From the NCBI GenBank assembly GCA_030432405.1, contig JAUIHG010000003.1, positions 1 through 58,540 of the forward strand: a stretch of 58,540 nt of DNA, written 5' to 3'. A program made the position numbers and the translations under genes. The notes under the pieces were generated by a model. The model saw only the letters and a program-made list of their open reading frames with translations. It searched no databases and was not told the origin of the DNA. Source of the DNA: Bacteroidia bacterium. Its GTDB lineage: Bacteria > Bacteroidota > Bacteroidia > Chitinophagales > BACL12. Shown here piece by piece: positions 48,182 to 57,858 of the stretch. The stretch's first letter is position 1; each line of letters begins with the position of its first letter.

Positions 48182-49879
48182 CTATTGAATGATCACCTTT
48201 CGCGTATAGGCTTGGTTGCCTTGCTCAATGACCAGGTAATACACGCCTTTCGGCTCACCCAGGGCATCCACCTTGAGCGTATTGGTTCCTGCCTGGGCGG
48301 TGAAATCCGAATCAAAAACCTGGCGTCCTGCCCCGTCAAAGAGGCGCACCATGACCGGTCCATCTTCGTTCAGGTCAAACGACAAATCAAATTGACCGTT
48401 GTTCGGATTGGGCTGGAACCGGACCATATCCAATTCCAGGTCCGTGCCCTCGGCCAGCGGCGGATTGGCATTGGCACGCAATTGGTCCATGTCCGATGCG
48501 CTGGGCACATCCATGGTGATGAAAACGGCCACGCGGCGCACCACCCGTGTATTGTTGTTGTCCAGGTCCTCCCCGCCAAACAGGATTTCCATGTCCTCCA
48601 TCTCCCGGAGGCGCTGGAGGTCCTGCAGCAGGTCTTCGGATAGGTGTTCGCCTTCCAGGATCACTTCTTCTTCGATCATCTGCTCCATGTCCCGCAGCGC
48701 GTTCTGCAAACCCTCGTTGAAGCGCAACCGCTCTGCCCCGTGATGCTTGGCCTGCATGGTGCCTGTAGCCACGCCCCGCTCGCCTTCTCGCAGGTAGTCC
48801 ACGCTCAGCGGACTGCCGACCTGCAGGGTACCGATGGCTTCCTTGAGCGCGGACGTACTGCCGGTGGGGATGCCGTTGATGGCCGTGACCACATCGCCTT
48901 CCATCAGACCCAGGGCTTCGGCGGTGGTACCGGACACCGTGCCGCTGATGCGTACACCCCGGTCGGTTTCCTCATCGAGGTAGACCCCCAGAAACGGCTT
49001 GTTCACGCCGGCTATGGACGCCTGTTTGTCCAGGAACATCTCCATGTCCTGAAGGTCCACGTCTCCGTCCCATTCAAACTCGAAGCGGCCATCGTCGCCG
49101 ATCCAGTGCAGTTCCTGCTTCTCCATGGGTTCGCCCAGCGTAGCGGGGACATCCATGGTACGGCCGTCACGGCGCACCTGCAGGGTCACCTCGTCGCCGG
49201 GCGCATAGCCGGCGAGCGCTTCCCGGATGCCGTACGCACCATCAAAGGCGTTGCCGTCCATGCCGAGAATGACATCGTCTTCCTGCAGACCGGCCGCTGC
49301 AGCACCCGTTTCCGGAATCACGCCCGTCACGCGGGCAGCATGGCCCTCGACCAGCTCCTCAACATCAAAATAGACGCCCAAAAAGGCCCGCGGAGCACTG
49401 TCTTCCAGCTCGCTGCGGTAGACCCGCACGCGTTGCTGCAGCTCCTGTAGGTCTTCAAACAGGCCGCTGAGGTCCGGGACCAATTCGTTGAGTTCCAGGC
49501 GGAAGCTTTCTCCATCGCCGCGCTGCGTGCGGTTGATGATGATCTCCACGTCTTCGCCTTCGGACATGCCGTCCAGGTCCAAATCGGCGTCAATGTCCAT
49601 TTCACGGAGGCGCTTGAGCAGGGCTTCAAGGCCATCGCCGTCCAGGTCTTCGGCGCTCCATTGGATGACCGTGTCGATGCGGAGTTCCTCGCCGCCTTCC
49701 TCGACGTTGATCTGCAATTGGATGCTGCCTTGCGCCTGCAGGGCGCCTCCGGCGATCGCCGACCCGAAAAGCAGCGCGGTCAGCAGCAGGCCCAGGCCCT
49801 TCCAGGGGGCGCTCAAGGCGGCTTGCGGAGCGGCCGGGACAGCGCCGGCGGCCTTCCGTTGGTGAATCAAAGAGTTCAT
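48182..49879 (-). CDS. Two-PDZ-domain protein with a T9SS C-terminal domain
   Basis: Two FLGV...AxxxGLxExDV PDZ units; FQPNPNNGQF...KGVYYLVIEQ...KVIIQ CTD; signal peptide. Confidence 0.82.
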   Translation of the reverse strand: MNSLIHQRKAAGAVPAAPQAALSAPWKGLGLLLTALLFGSAIAGGALQAQGSIQLQINVEEGGEELRIDTVIQWSAEDLDGDGLEALLKRLREMDIDADLDLDGMSEGEDVEIIINRTQRGDGESFRLELNELVPDLSGLFEDLQELQQRVRVYRSELEDSAPRAFLGVYFDVEELVEGHAARVTGVIPETGAAAAGLQEDDVILGMDGNAFDGAYGIREALAGYAPGDEVTLQVRRDGRTMDVPATLGEPMEKQELHWIGDDGRFEFEWDGDVDLQDMEMFLDKQASIAGVNKPFLGVYLDEETDRGVRISGTVSGTTAEALGLMEGDVVTAINGIPTGSTSALKEAIGTLQVGSPLSVDYLREGERGVATGTMQAKHHGAERLRFNEGLQNALRDMEQMIEEEVILEGEHLSEDLLQDLQRLREMEDMEILFGGEDLDNNNTRVVRRVAVFITMDVPSASDMDQLRANANPPLAEGTDLELDMVRFQPNPNNGQFDLSFDLNEDGPVMVRLFDGAGRQVFDSDFTAQAGTNTLKVDALGEPKGVYYLVIEQGNQAYTRKVIIQ

Positions 49880-50055
49880 GGTGAATGCGGTTGCGCGCAG
49901 TATGGCGCGGATAAAACGATGCGTACCACCAAATGTACGGGGCCACCCCAGCCGCCTATGCAAACAGCGCGTTAAAGCATGAAGGGGCTGCGTTAAAAGA
50001 TGTTAAGGGCTTGATCAACAAGCCCTAAGCACCATCAAAATGCCCTTCCGAAGCG

Positions 50056-50985
50056 TCATTTTGCCGTGGAGTCGAGCCGTTCAAACACCAGCGCCAGGCG
50101 GCTCCCGTCCGGGGCCAGGGCCATGCGGTCAAAGGCCCCGAGGTTCCAATCCTCCGGCAAGAGCTTAAGGGCTTCACAGGCAAAATGCCAACGCCGATCC
50201 CCGGCCGGGTCAAAGATGTACAGCCGCCCCTTGGCGCCCATCCAGATGCGGCCGCGGTCGTCCAGGACAAAGTCGTGCGGGCCCTCGGGCTGCAGGGTGG
50301 GAGCCAGGTCTTCGCCCGTACGGGCGAGGGGGTCAAACACGCGGATGGCGTTGCGCTCCAGGTCTACGTAAGCCAGTTTGCCCTCCCGCGTGGTCTGTAG
50401 GCAACGCCCGATCCGCGCGGCCACCACATCCAGGCGCTGCTTGCCGCTGTGGCCCACCTGCAGGGTATGCCGCCCGGCCTCGCCGAGGATGAAACAGGCC
50501 ACCTGCGCGTCGGGCAGCCAGGTATAATAGCCCACCGGCTCCACGCCGCTCATCACAGGGCGCTGTTTGCGGCCGTCCGGGCGCAAGCGCCAGATGCGCT
50601 GGGCGGAATCCGGCAGTTCCACGCGCACCACCGAAAGGTATTCGCCGTCCGGCATCACCCGCGGGCTGTATTCGGACTCCGGGCTGTGGAGCACCGTGGC
50701 CGTATCCCCATCGGCCAGGCGGTAGCGGCGGATGTCGGTTTGTTCGCCTCCGGCGAACGCCACGCCCGCCGTGTAGTACAACATGCTGCCGTCCGGGCTG
50801 AAGGCCGGCTGGTTGTCGTAAGCCGCCCGGTCGGTGACCCGCAACGGACCGCTGAGGCTGGGCCGGTCCTGGGCACCGTCCTGCACGTTGAACAGCACGA
50901 TGTCGCGTTGGGGGAGGCTTTGAGCGGCCAGGCCCGTGTCCGGCGGCCGTACCAGCATGGTCAGCAAAAGCGGCAGGAAGGGCAT
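50056..50985 (-). CDS. TolB-like (PD40) beta-propeller protein
   Basis: YDNQPAFSPDG, ESEYSPRVMPDG, VGYYTW, RMALAPDGSRLALV; start moved to MPFLPLL. Confidence 0.8.
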   Translation of the reverse strand: MPFLPLLLTMLVRPPDTGLAAQSLPQRDIVLFNVQDGAQDRPSLSGPLRVTDRAAYDNQPAFSPDGSMLYYTAGVAFAGGEQTDIRRYRLADGDTATVLHSPESEYSPRVMPDGEYLSVVRVELPDSAQRIWRLRPDGRKQRPVMSGVEPVGYYTWLPDAQVACFILGEAGRHTLQVGHSGKQRLDVVAARIGRCLQTTREGKLAYVDLERNAIRVFDPLARTGEDLAPTLQPEGPHDFVLDDRGRIWMGAKGRLYIFDPAGDRRWHFACEALKLLPEDWNLGAFDRMALAPDGSRLALVFERLDSTAK

Positions 50986-51222
50986 GCCACCACCGAACCG
51001 CAGGCCAGTTGATGTGTTTTGAAACGGGCCCTTGCCCAATTGGCTTAGCTTGTCCTCCATGCCGGAATGCGTGCGGGGTTTGCGGTGGATGCCCATGTCT
51101 GGATTCCACGCAAGCTTACGCAATGCACGAATTTCGTTGCGCCAGCGCGAAGGCATCTGTGGCCTAACGCCGGCACGCACGGCCGCAGAGCATCCCACTT
51201 CCGCCCGGTCCCGAACCCCACC

Positions 51223-53166
51223 ATGGCCTACCGCTCCACCCGCCACGCCTTGCTCGATCTCGAGCACAACGGCATGCTCCGCCGCATCGCCGAACCGGTG
51301 GACCCCCACCTGGAGATGGCGGCCATCCATCGGCGTGTTTTCCGCGCTGGCGGTCCGGCGCTGTGGTTTGAACAGGTCAAGGGCAGCCGCTTCCCGGCGG
51401 CCTCCAACCTCTTTGGCACCATGGAGCGCTGCCGATTCCTGTTCCGCGACACCCTGCCGGCGGTGCAGAAACTCGTGGCCCTGAAGGGCGATCCGGCCGC
51501 GGCCCTCAAGGATCCCTTTTCCGTGCCGGGTACGGCGCTCAACGCCCTCAAAGCCCTGCCCCGCAAAGTCAGGAGCGGTCCGGTTTGCGCGGGCCAGTGC
51601 CGGGTTTCGGAGCTGCCGCAGATCGTGGGTTCGCCGGATGACGGCGGACCGTTTGTGACCCTGCCCCAGGTCTACACGGAGCATCCGGACAAAGCGGGAC
51701 CGATGGGGGCCAACCTGGGCATGTACCGCATCCAGCTCGGTGGCAACGCCTACGTGCAAGACCGCGAAATCGGACTGCATTACCAGATCCACCGCGGCAT
51801 CGGCGTGCACCAGCAGTCCTGGCAGGAGCGGGGAGAGGCCATGAAGGTCAGCGTTTTTGTGGGCGGTCCGCCGGCCCATAGCCTGGCGGCCGTCATGCCC
51901 CTGCCCGAAGGCCTGAGCGAACTAACCTTTGGTGGCGTTTTGGGCGGACGCCGCTGGCGCTACACCTACCGAAACGGCTATGCCCTGTCCACCGACGCGG
52001 ACTTTGTGCTAACCGGAACGGTCGTTCCGGATGTGCTCAAGCCCGAGGGGCCTTTCGGCGACCACCTGGGCTATTACAGCCTGGCCCACGATTTTCCCGT
52101 CCTGCGCGTGGAGCAGGTTTGGCACCGTACCGACGCCATCTGGCCCTTTACGGTGGTGGGCCGGCCGCCGCAAGAAGATTCCGCCTTCGGCGAACTCATC
52201 CACGAAATGACTGGCCAGGCCGTGCGCGACGAACTGCCCGGCATCCACGGGGTGCACGCGGTGGACGCCGCCGGGGTGCATCCCCTGCTCTTTGCCGTGG
52301 GCAGCGAACGCTACACGCCCTACGCCGGTACCGCGCAGCCCCTGGAATTGCTCACCCAGGCCCACCACATCCTGGGCACCGGCCAGCTTTCCCTGGCCAA
52401 ATACCTGTTCATCGCCGCCGCCGGGGACCGACCGCCGGAGCTGCACCAGGAAGGCGCTTTTGTGCAGCACTGCCTGGAACGCATCGACCCCGCCCGGGAC
52501 CTGCACTTCCAGACCCAGACCTCCATCGACACGCTCGATTACAGCGGCACGGGCCTGAACACGGGTTCCAAGCTGGTGTTGGCCGCGCTCGGTGCGCCGC
52601 GCCGTCAGCTGCTGGACCGCTTGCCGGAACAAGCCGGCCTGTCGCCCCTGCCCACGGACGGGGTTGCGGGCCGTTATGCCCTGGCCATGCCCGGGGTGCT
52701 GTGCGCGTCCGGTGCGCCCTTCCGCAACTACGCCCAGGCGGAAACAGAGATCGCTCGTTGGACGGCCGCGCTGGAGGGGCATCCCGCCTGCGGTCCGGAG
52801 CAGCGGTTCGCCGGAGGCGAAACACAAGCCCCGGGCGGCCGTTCCACAACGGCCGGTCCAGGGAACGCCACGGCTGGGCAACAGACGCCGCGCATCGCGC
52901 TGATCGTGCTCTGCGACGATGCCGAATTTGCCGCCGCCAGCCTGCACAATTGGCTCTGGGTCACCTTCACGCGCTCCAACCCTTCGCACGACGTGTACGG
53001 CGTGCAGGCCTTCACCAAACACAAGCACTGGGGCTGCCGCGGCAGCCTGGTCATCGACGCGCGCATCAAACCCTTCCACGCGCCACCGGTGGAGGACGAC
53101 CAGGAGGTGGAGCGCCGGATCGACCGGTTCTTCGCCAAAGGCGGAGCTTTGGAAGGTCTGGAATGA
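51223..53166 (+). CDS. UbiD family (prFMN-dependent) decarboxylase
   Basis: DGGPFVTLP, NLGMYR, EGPFGDHLGYYS, VGRPPQED, DTLDYSG. Confidence 0.92.
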   Translation: MAYRSTRHALLDLEHNGMLRRIAEPVDPHLEMAAIHRRVFRAGGPALWFEQVKGSRFPAASNLFGTMERCRFLFRDTLPAVQKLVALKGDPAAALKDPFSVPGTALNALKALPRKVRSGPVCAGQCRVSELPQIVGSPDDGGPFVTLPQVYTEHPDKAGPMGANLGMYRIQLGGNAYVQDREIGLHYQIHRGIGVHQQSWQERGEAMKVSVFVGGPPAHSLAAVMPLPEGLSELTFGGVLGGRRWRYTYRNGYALSTDADFVLTGTVVPDVLKPEGPFGDHLGYYSLAHDFPVLRVEQVWHRTDAIWPFTVVGRPPQEDSAFGELIHEMTGQAVRDELPGIHGVHAVDAAGVHPLLFAVGSERYTPYAGTAQPLELLTQAHHILGTGQLSLAKYLFIAAAGDRPPELHQEGAFVQHCLERIDPARDLHFQTQTSIDTLDYSGTGLNTGSKLVLAALGAPRRQLLDRLPEQAGLSPLPTDGVAGRYALAMPGVLCASGAPFRNYAQAETEIARWTAALEGHPACGPEQRFAGGETQAPGGRSTTAGPGNATAGQQTPRIALIVLCDDAEFAAASLHNWLWVTFTRSNPSHDVYGVQAFTKHKHWGCRGSLVIDARIKPFHAPPVEDDQEVERRIDRFFAKGGALEGLE

Positions 53167-53194
53167 ATCCGGACACCGCCCGTACCCCACTGCC

Positions 53195-54115
53195 ATGAAA
53201 TTTCTGCGTACCCCGGAGGCGCGTTTTGCCGACCTGCCCGACTACCCCTTTGCGCCGCACTACACGGAAGTGCTCGGCGGGCGCATGCACCACATCGACG
53301 CGGGTCCGGCCACGGCAGACCCGATTGTTTGCCTGCACGGCGAACCCTCCTGGAGCTACCTCTACCGCCATTTTGTGCCGGTGTTGGCCCGGGAAAACCG
53401 GGTGCTGTGTCCGGATTTATTCGGTTTTGGGAAATCGGACAAACCCAGCCGGATTGGGGACTACACCTTTCGTTTTCATTTTGAAGCCCTGCAGGCCTGG
53501 TTCAACGAGCTGGCGCTCGAACGCGTGACGCTGGTGGTGCAGGACTGGGGCGGACTGCTCGGCTTGTCCGTTTTGGGGGCGGAACCGGAGCGCTTTGCGC
53601 GGGTGGTCATCATGAACACCTTTTTGCCCACCGGGGACCGGCCCATGCCAGCGGCCTTCAAGGTATGGAAAGCCTTTGCGCTGCATTCGCCGGTGTTCAC
53701 GATTTCCCGGGTCATCCGCATGGGCACCGCCCGGGCGATGGACCCGGCGGTGGTGAAGGCCTATGATGCGCCGTTTCCGGCGAAGCGCTTCAAGGCCGGT
53801 GCCCGCGCCTTCCCGGCCATTGTGCCCGCCGCTGCGGAGGACCCGGGGGTGGTGGAAATGCAACAGGCCCGCGACGTGCTCAGCCGCTGGACCAAACCCA
53901 GCCTGGTGCTGTGGTCCGACAAGGACCCCATCATGCGCGGGGCCGACCGCTGGTTCAACAGCCACATCCCCAGCCGCAAGGATGCGCCGGTGGAGACCAT
54001 CCGCAACGCCGGGCATTTCCTGCAGGAAGATGCCGGGCCGGAAATTGCCGAACGCATCCGGCGCTTTGTGAACGAGCATCCCATGCACGGCAAACACACC
54101 CACAGCCATGCATGA
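53195..54115 (+). CDS. Haloalkane dehalogenase family alpha/beta hydrolase
   Basis: LRTPEARFADLPDYPF, HGEPSWSYLYR, nucleophile QDWGG, AGHFLQED. Confidence 0.9.
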   Translation: MKFLRTPEARFADLPDYPFAPHYTEVLGGRMHHIDAGPATADPIVCLHGEPSWSYLYRHFVPVLARENRVLCPDLFGFGKSDKPSRIGDYTFRFHFEALQAWFNELALERVTLVVQDWGGLLGLSVLGAEPERFARVVIMNTFLPTGDRPMPAAFKVWKAFALHSPVFTISRVIRMGTARAMDPAVVKAYDAPFPAKRFKAGARAFPAIVPAAAEDPGVVEMQQARDVLSRWTKPSLVLWSDKDPIMRGADRWFNSHIPSRKDAPVETIRNAGHFLQEDAGPEIAERIRRFVNEHPMHGKHTHSHA

Positions 54116-54131
54116 GCCGGGTGCTGGACGG

Positions 54132-54159
54132 ATGGCGGATGGCGAATGGCGAATGGCGG
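54132..54159. repeat. Heptamer tandem repeat ATGGCG(G/A) x4
   Basis: atggcgg atggcga atggcga atggcgg. Confidence 0.7.
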
Positions 54160-54232
54160 AGCTTAACGCCTCTTAACGCTTCCGCGCAACGTGCATGCCT
54201 ACCTTAGATGGCCCCTCTGCCACCTCCCCTAT

Positions 54233-57007
54233 ATGTTGCGCGCATTTGCCGTTTTGATCCTGGTCCTGGCCAGTGGACTGTTCTCCGGGCCCCTCCGTGC
54301 CGCCACGGGTTTGTGGACGCAAGCCGACAGCTCCGGCGTAGTGCCCGACAGCATCTACAGGCCCCGCAACCTGAAAGCCGTCCGTGCGGACGAAGCGCCC
54401 AGCATCGACGGATTCCTGAATGAGGCGGTTTGGGCCACGGCACCAGTGGCCCAGCGCTTCACCACCGCCAGACCCGACCCAGGGCAGCGCCCCTACCTGC
54501 CCTCGGAAATACGGGTGCTCTACGACGACAACGCGCTTTACATCGGCGCCCACCTGATCGACCCCAATCCCGACAGCATCCAGGTCACCCTCACCGAGCG
54601 CGACGACGAAGGCAATGCGGATTGGTTCGGCATAGTCCTGTGCCCCTACCAGGATGGCCAGAACGGCGTGGCTTTTTTACTGACGGCCGCCGGCGTGCAG
54701 ATCGACGACAAATGGACCGGCAACAACAGCGACCGGAATTTTGACGCCGTTTGGAATTCCGCCGTCCGTGTCGGCGAAGACGGCTGGTATGCCGAAGTGG
54801 AAATCCCTTATGGCGCCATCCGATTCCCAACGGCGGCCAGCCAGGACTGGGGCATCAACTTTGTCCGCAGCATCCGTCGCATCCGTGAGGAAAGTTGGTG
54901 GACGCCCTTGAACGTGGCCGAACAGGGCATTCTACAACAGGTGGGGACCTTGAACGGCCTGCAGAACATCCGTTCGCCGTTCAGGCTTTCCCTGACCCCC
55001 TACCTTTCCGGGATTGTGGAGGTGCGCAACGACCCGCGCACCAAAACGGTGGGCACGGCCTGGGATGTGAACGGCGGCATGGACCTGAAATACGGCATCA
55101 ACGACGCCTTCACCCTGGACATGACCCTGGTACCGGATTTCAACCAGGTGCGCTTTGACAACCAGGTGCTCAACCTGGGGCCCTTTGAGGTGCGCTTCAA
55201 CGAAAACCGGCTCTTTTTCACCGAAGGCACAGAGCTGTTCAACAAACAGGGCCTCTTTTATTCGCGGCGCGTGGGTGGTGTGCCGGTGAACATCGATGCG
55301 GCAGAAGAAAGCCTCGCCGAAGGCGAAAGCATCCTCCGCAATCCGGTGGAGGCCCGCTTGTTCAATGCCAGCAAGGTCAGCGGCCGCACAGACGGCGGAC
55401 TGGGCATTGGCGTATTCAACGCCATTTCCGGCCGTACGGAAGCCATCATTGAACAGGAAAACGGCAGCACGCGCAGCGTGGAAACCGGCCCATTGACCAA
55501 TTATTCGGTTTTGGTATTGGACCAAAACCTGGGGCGTCCCAATTCTTTTTTGAATTTCACCAATACCAACGTGTGGCGTTCGGGGGGCTATGCGGACGCC
55601 AACGTCAGCGGGCTTTCGTTCCAATTGCGGGACAACAAGAACAGGTACCAGGTGCGCAGCAGCGGCACGCTTTCACAGCGCTACAGCAACGGATTGATGG
55701 AACCGGACCTCGGCCATGCGGCCGGTTTGGTGTTCAACAAAGTGTCCGGTCGCTTTCAGGGCGAGTTGGGCTATTGGGAAGAAAGCGACACCTACGACCC
55801 CAACGACCTGGGCTTTTTGTTCAACAACAACACCCGGGATCTTTTTGCCACCGTAGAATACAACCGCTACGAGCCGCGGGGAAAGACCAATCAGCTGTAC
55901 CACTTTTTCAATGTAGTGTACAGCCGCATTTACCAACCCAATGCATTCTTCAATTTCGGATTGTACGGAGAAGCCACCCAAATCTGGAAAAACTTCTTTG
56001 CCAACGGCACCTGGATAAGCGTGGAACCGATTGTGACCTACGATTGGTTTGAGCCCCGTCAGCGCGGCCGCTTTTTGCGCTACCCGGTCAATGCCACCAC
56101 CGGGGCCTGGATCTCCTCGGATTACCGCAAAGCCTGGGCCATCGACGCGCGCAGCGACCTGCGTTGGTTTGACGACCGCTTCACGGATACGGACGGCATG
56201 GAACGTGGTCGATACAATTTCAACTATTGGATCTCACCGCGCTGGCGCGCGAACGACAAACTCCTGCTGATTGCCGGATTTGGCCGCTATCAGTCCCGTG
56301 GCGATCTGGGTTGGGTCAATGCCCTGGAAAACGAGGACGGTCCCAACACCATCATCATGGGCCGCCGCGACGTCATCACCACCGAAACCGAACTGCGCGC
56401 CAACTACATTTTCACCAACCGCATGTTCCTCACCTTCCGCATGCGGCACTACTGGTCCAAGGCCAACTACATCGACTTCCATGCCTTGAAAGACGACGGC
56501 TGGCTCGACCCTACCGAATACGACGGCATGGACCCCGAGGACGGCTCCCAGCACAACGTCAACTTCAACGCGTTCACCATCGACGCGCAGTTCACCTGGC
56601 GCTTTGCGCCGGGCTCAGACCTGATTGTGGTGTGGAAGGACGGCATTTTTGCTTCCGACAACCAGCCGGCCAGCAGCTACTTCGAAAACCTGGAACGAAC
56701 GTTCCAATCCGAGCAGGTCAACAACCTGTCCGTACGGGTGGTCTGGTACCTGGACTACGTGTTGTACCGCCGTTGGCGCGAACGCCGGTCCGACCGCCGC
56801 GCCGGAAGGGATACCGGTCAGGCCTCAGGGCTGGGGGCTGGCCAAAACAGCTTTATGGGACTGCCCGGATCGCGCCGTCCCTATCGGCGCACTGCCACCT
56901 GGCCGCAGCACCGCGGCGGTGGCCCCCATCAAAGTGCAGGGGCCCATTCCGCATTTGGAACAGGCCCCTGGATGGGTATGGGCCCAAACGCACAGGCCGA
57001 TTGGTAG
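54233..57007 (+). CDS. CBM9-like / DUF5916 outer-membrane protein
   Basis: PSIDGFLNEAVW, VLYDDNALYIG, WYAEVEIP, LDMTLVPDFNQV, ENRLFFTEG, FYSRRVG, WRFAPGS. Confidence 0.85.
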   Translation: MLRAFAVLILVLASGLFSGPLRAATGLWTQADSSGVVPDSIYRPRNLKAVRADEAPSIDGFLNEAVWATAPVAQRFTTARPDPGQRPYLPSEIRVLYDDNALYIGAHLIDPNPDSIQVTLTERDDEGNADWFGIVLCPYQDGQNGVAFLLTAAGVQIDDKWTGNNSDRNFDAVWNSAVRVGEDGWYAEVEIPYGAIRFPTAASQDWGINFVRSIRRIREESWWTPLNVAEQGILQQVGTLNGLQNIRSPFRLSLTPYLSGIVEVRNDPRTKTVGTAWDVNGGMDLKYGINDAFTLDMTLVPDFNQVRFDNQVLNLGPFEVRFNENRLFFTEGTELFNKQGLFYSRRVGGVPVNIDAAEESLAEGESILRNPVEARLFNASKVSGRTDGGLGIGVFNAISGRTEAIIEQENGSTRSVETGPLTNYSVLVLDQNLGRPNSFLNFTNTNVWRSGGYADANVSGLSFQLRDNKNRYQVRSSGTLSQRYSNGLMEPDLGHAAGLVFNKVSGRFQGELGYWEESDTYDPNDLGFLFNNNTRDLFATVEYNRYEPRGKTNQLYHFFNVVYSRIYQPNAFFNFGLYGEATQIWKNFFANGTWISVEPIVTYDWFEPRQRGRFLRYPVNATTGAWISSDYRKAWAIDARSDLRWFDDRFTDTDGMERGRYNFNYWISPRWRANDKLLLIAGFGRYQSRGDLGWVNALENEDGPNTIIMGRRDVITTETELRANYIFTNRMFLTFRMRHYWSKANYIDFHALKDDGWLDPTEYDGMDPEDGSQHNVNFNAFTIDAQFTWRFAPGSDLIVVWKDGIFASDNQPASSYFENLERTFQSEQVNNLSVRVVWYLDYVLYRRWRERRSDRRAGRDTGQASGLGAGQNSFMGLPGSRRPYRRTATWPQHRGGGPHQSAGAHSAFGTGPWMGMGPNAQADW

Positions 57008-57071
57008 ATGCAGCCAGAGCGAAGGGCTTGGGTTTGTTTTCGCTTTTGGCGGATGCCAAAAGCAGACGCAT

Positions 57072-57674
57072 TTAACGCATGGAAGGCGGCAGAATCACTT
57101 TGTCAATGACGTGAACCACACCGTTTTTGGCCATCACATCGGCCATGATGACCCGGGCGCTGTTGACTTTCACGCCATTGTCGTATTTGGTGATTTCGAG
57201 GGTCTCGCCCTGCACTGTTTTGGGCGTCATGCCGTCCTTGACTTTGGCGGCGGGGTAAGAGCCGGAAAGCACATGATAGGTCAGCACCGCGGCCAACTTT
57301 TCTTTGTTTTCCGGTTTGAGCAGCATCTCAAGGGTGCCTTCGGGCAGGGCTTCAAACGCTTTGTTGGTGGGAGCAAAGACGGTGAAGGGGCCTTTGCCTT
57401 TCAGGGTCTGTACCAATCCGGCGGCTTTCACGGCCGTCACCAGCGTGCTTAACTCATCGGTGGACACGGCCAGTTCCACCAGGTCCTGATCGCCGGCAGG
57501 CGTTTCCACAGGGGCAATGGTTCCGGCATCGCTGCTGGCGGTGGCGGATCCGAAATCCGTGTTGTTGTTGGTTTCTTGATTTTGGGCATTTGCACTGCCG
57601 CCGCATTGGGCGTTTACCGAACCCATCGAAAACAGGGCAAGGATCAGGGCAAAGGGGAAGAATCGCTTGTTCAT
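57072..57674 (-). CDS. Fasciclin (FAS1) domain protein
   Basis: STLVTAVKAAGL, GPFTVFAPTNKAF, LTYHV, NGVVHVIDKVILP. Confidence 0.94.
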   Translation of the reverse strand: MNKRFFPFALILALFSMGSVNAQCGGSANAQNQETNNNTDFGSATASSDAGTIAPVETPAGDQDLVELAVSTDELSTLVTAVKAAGLVQTLKGKGPFTVFAPTNKAFEALPEGTLEMLLKPENKEKLAAVLTYHVLSGSYPAAKVKDGMTPKTVQGETLEITKYDNGVKVNSARVIMADVMAKNGVVHVIDKVILPPSMR

Positions 57675-57858
57675 AAGGTAGGGGGTATGGGGGATGGATT
57701 CCAGCCAGATTGGAAACGGATCACGCCTAATTGCGGTGTTTTCCGCCCATCTGCCATGGAGAAATGCGCCTCAGCATGGACACGAAACAGCAAGGCGTCC
57801 AATATGTTGACGACCCACCCTTTTTTGCCCCTTCTTTAACGCGCCATTAACGGAAGCC

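Noticed and set aside
50986-51879. N-terminal extension of the 607-aa minus-strand ORF
   Set aside because: It is largely antisense to the UbiD gene; the real protein starts near 50985.
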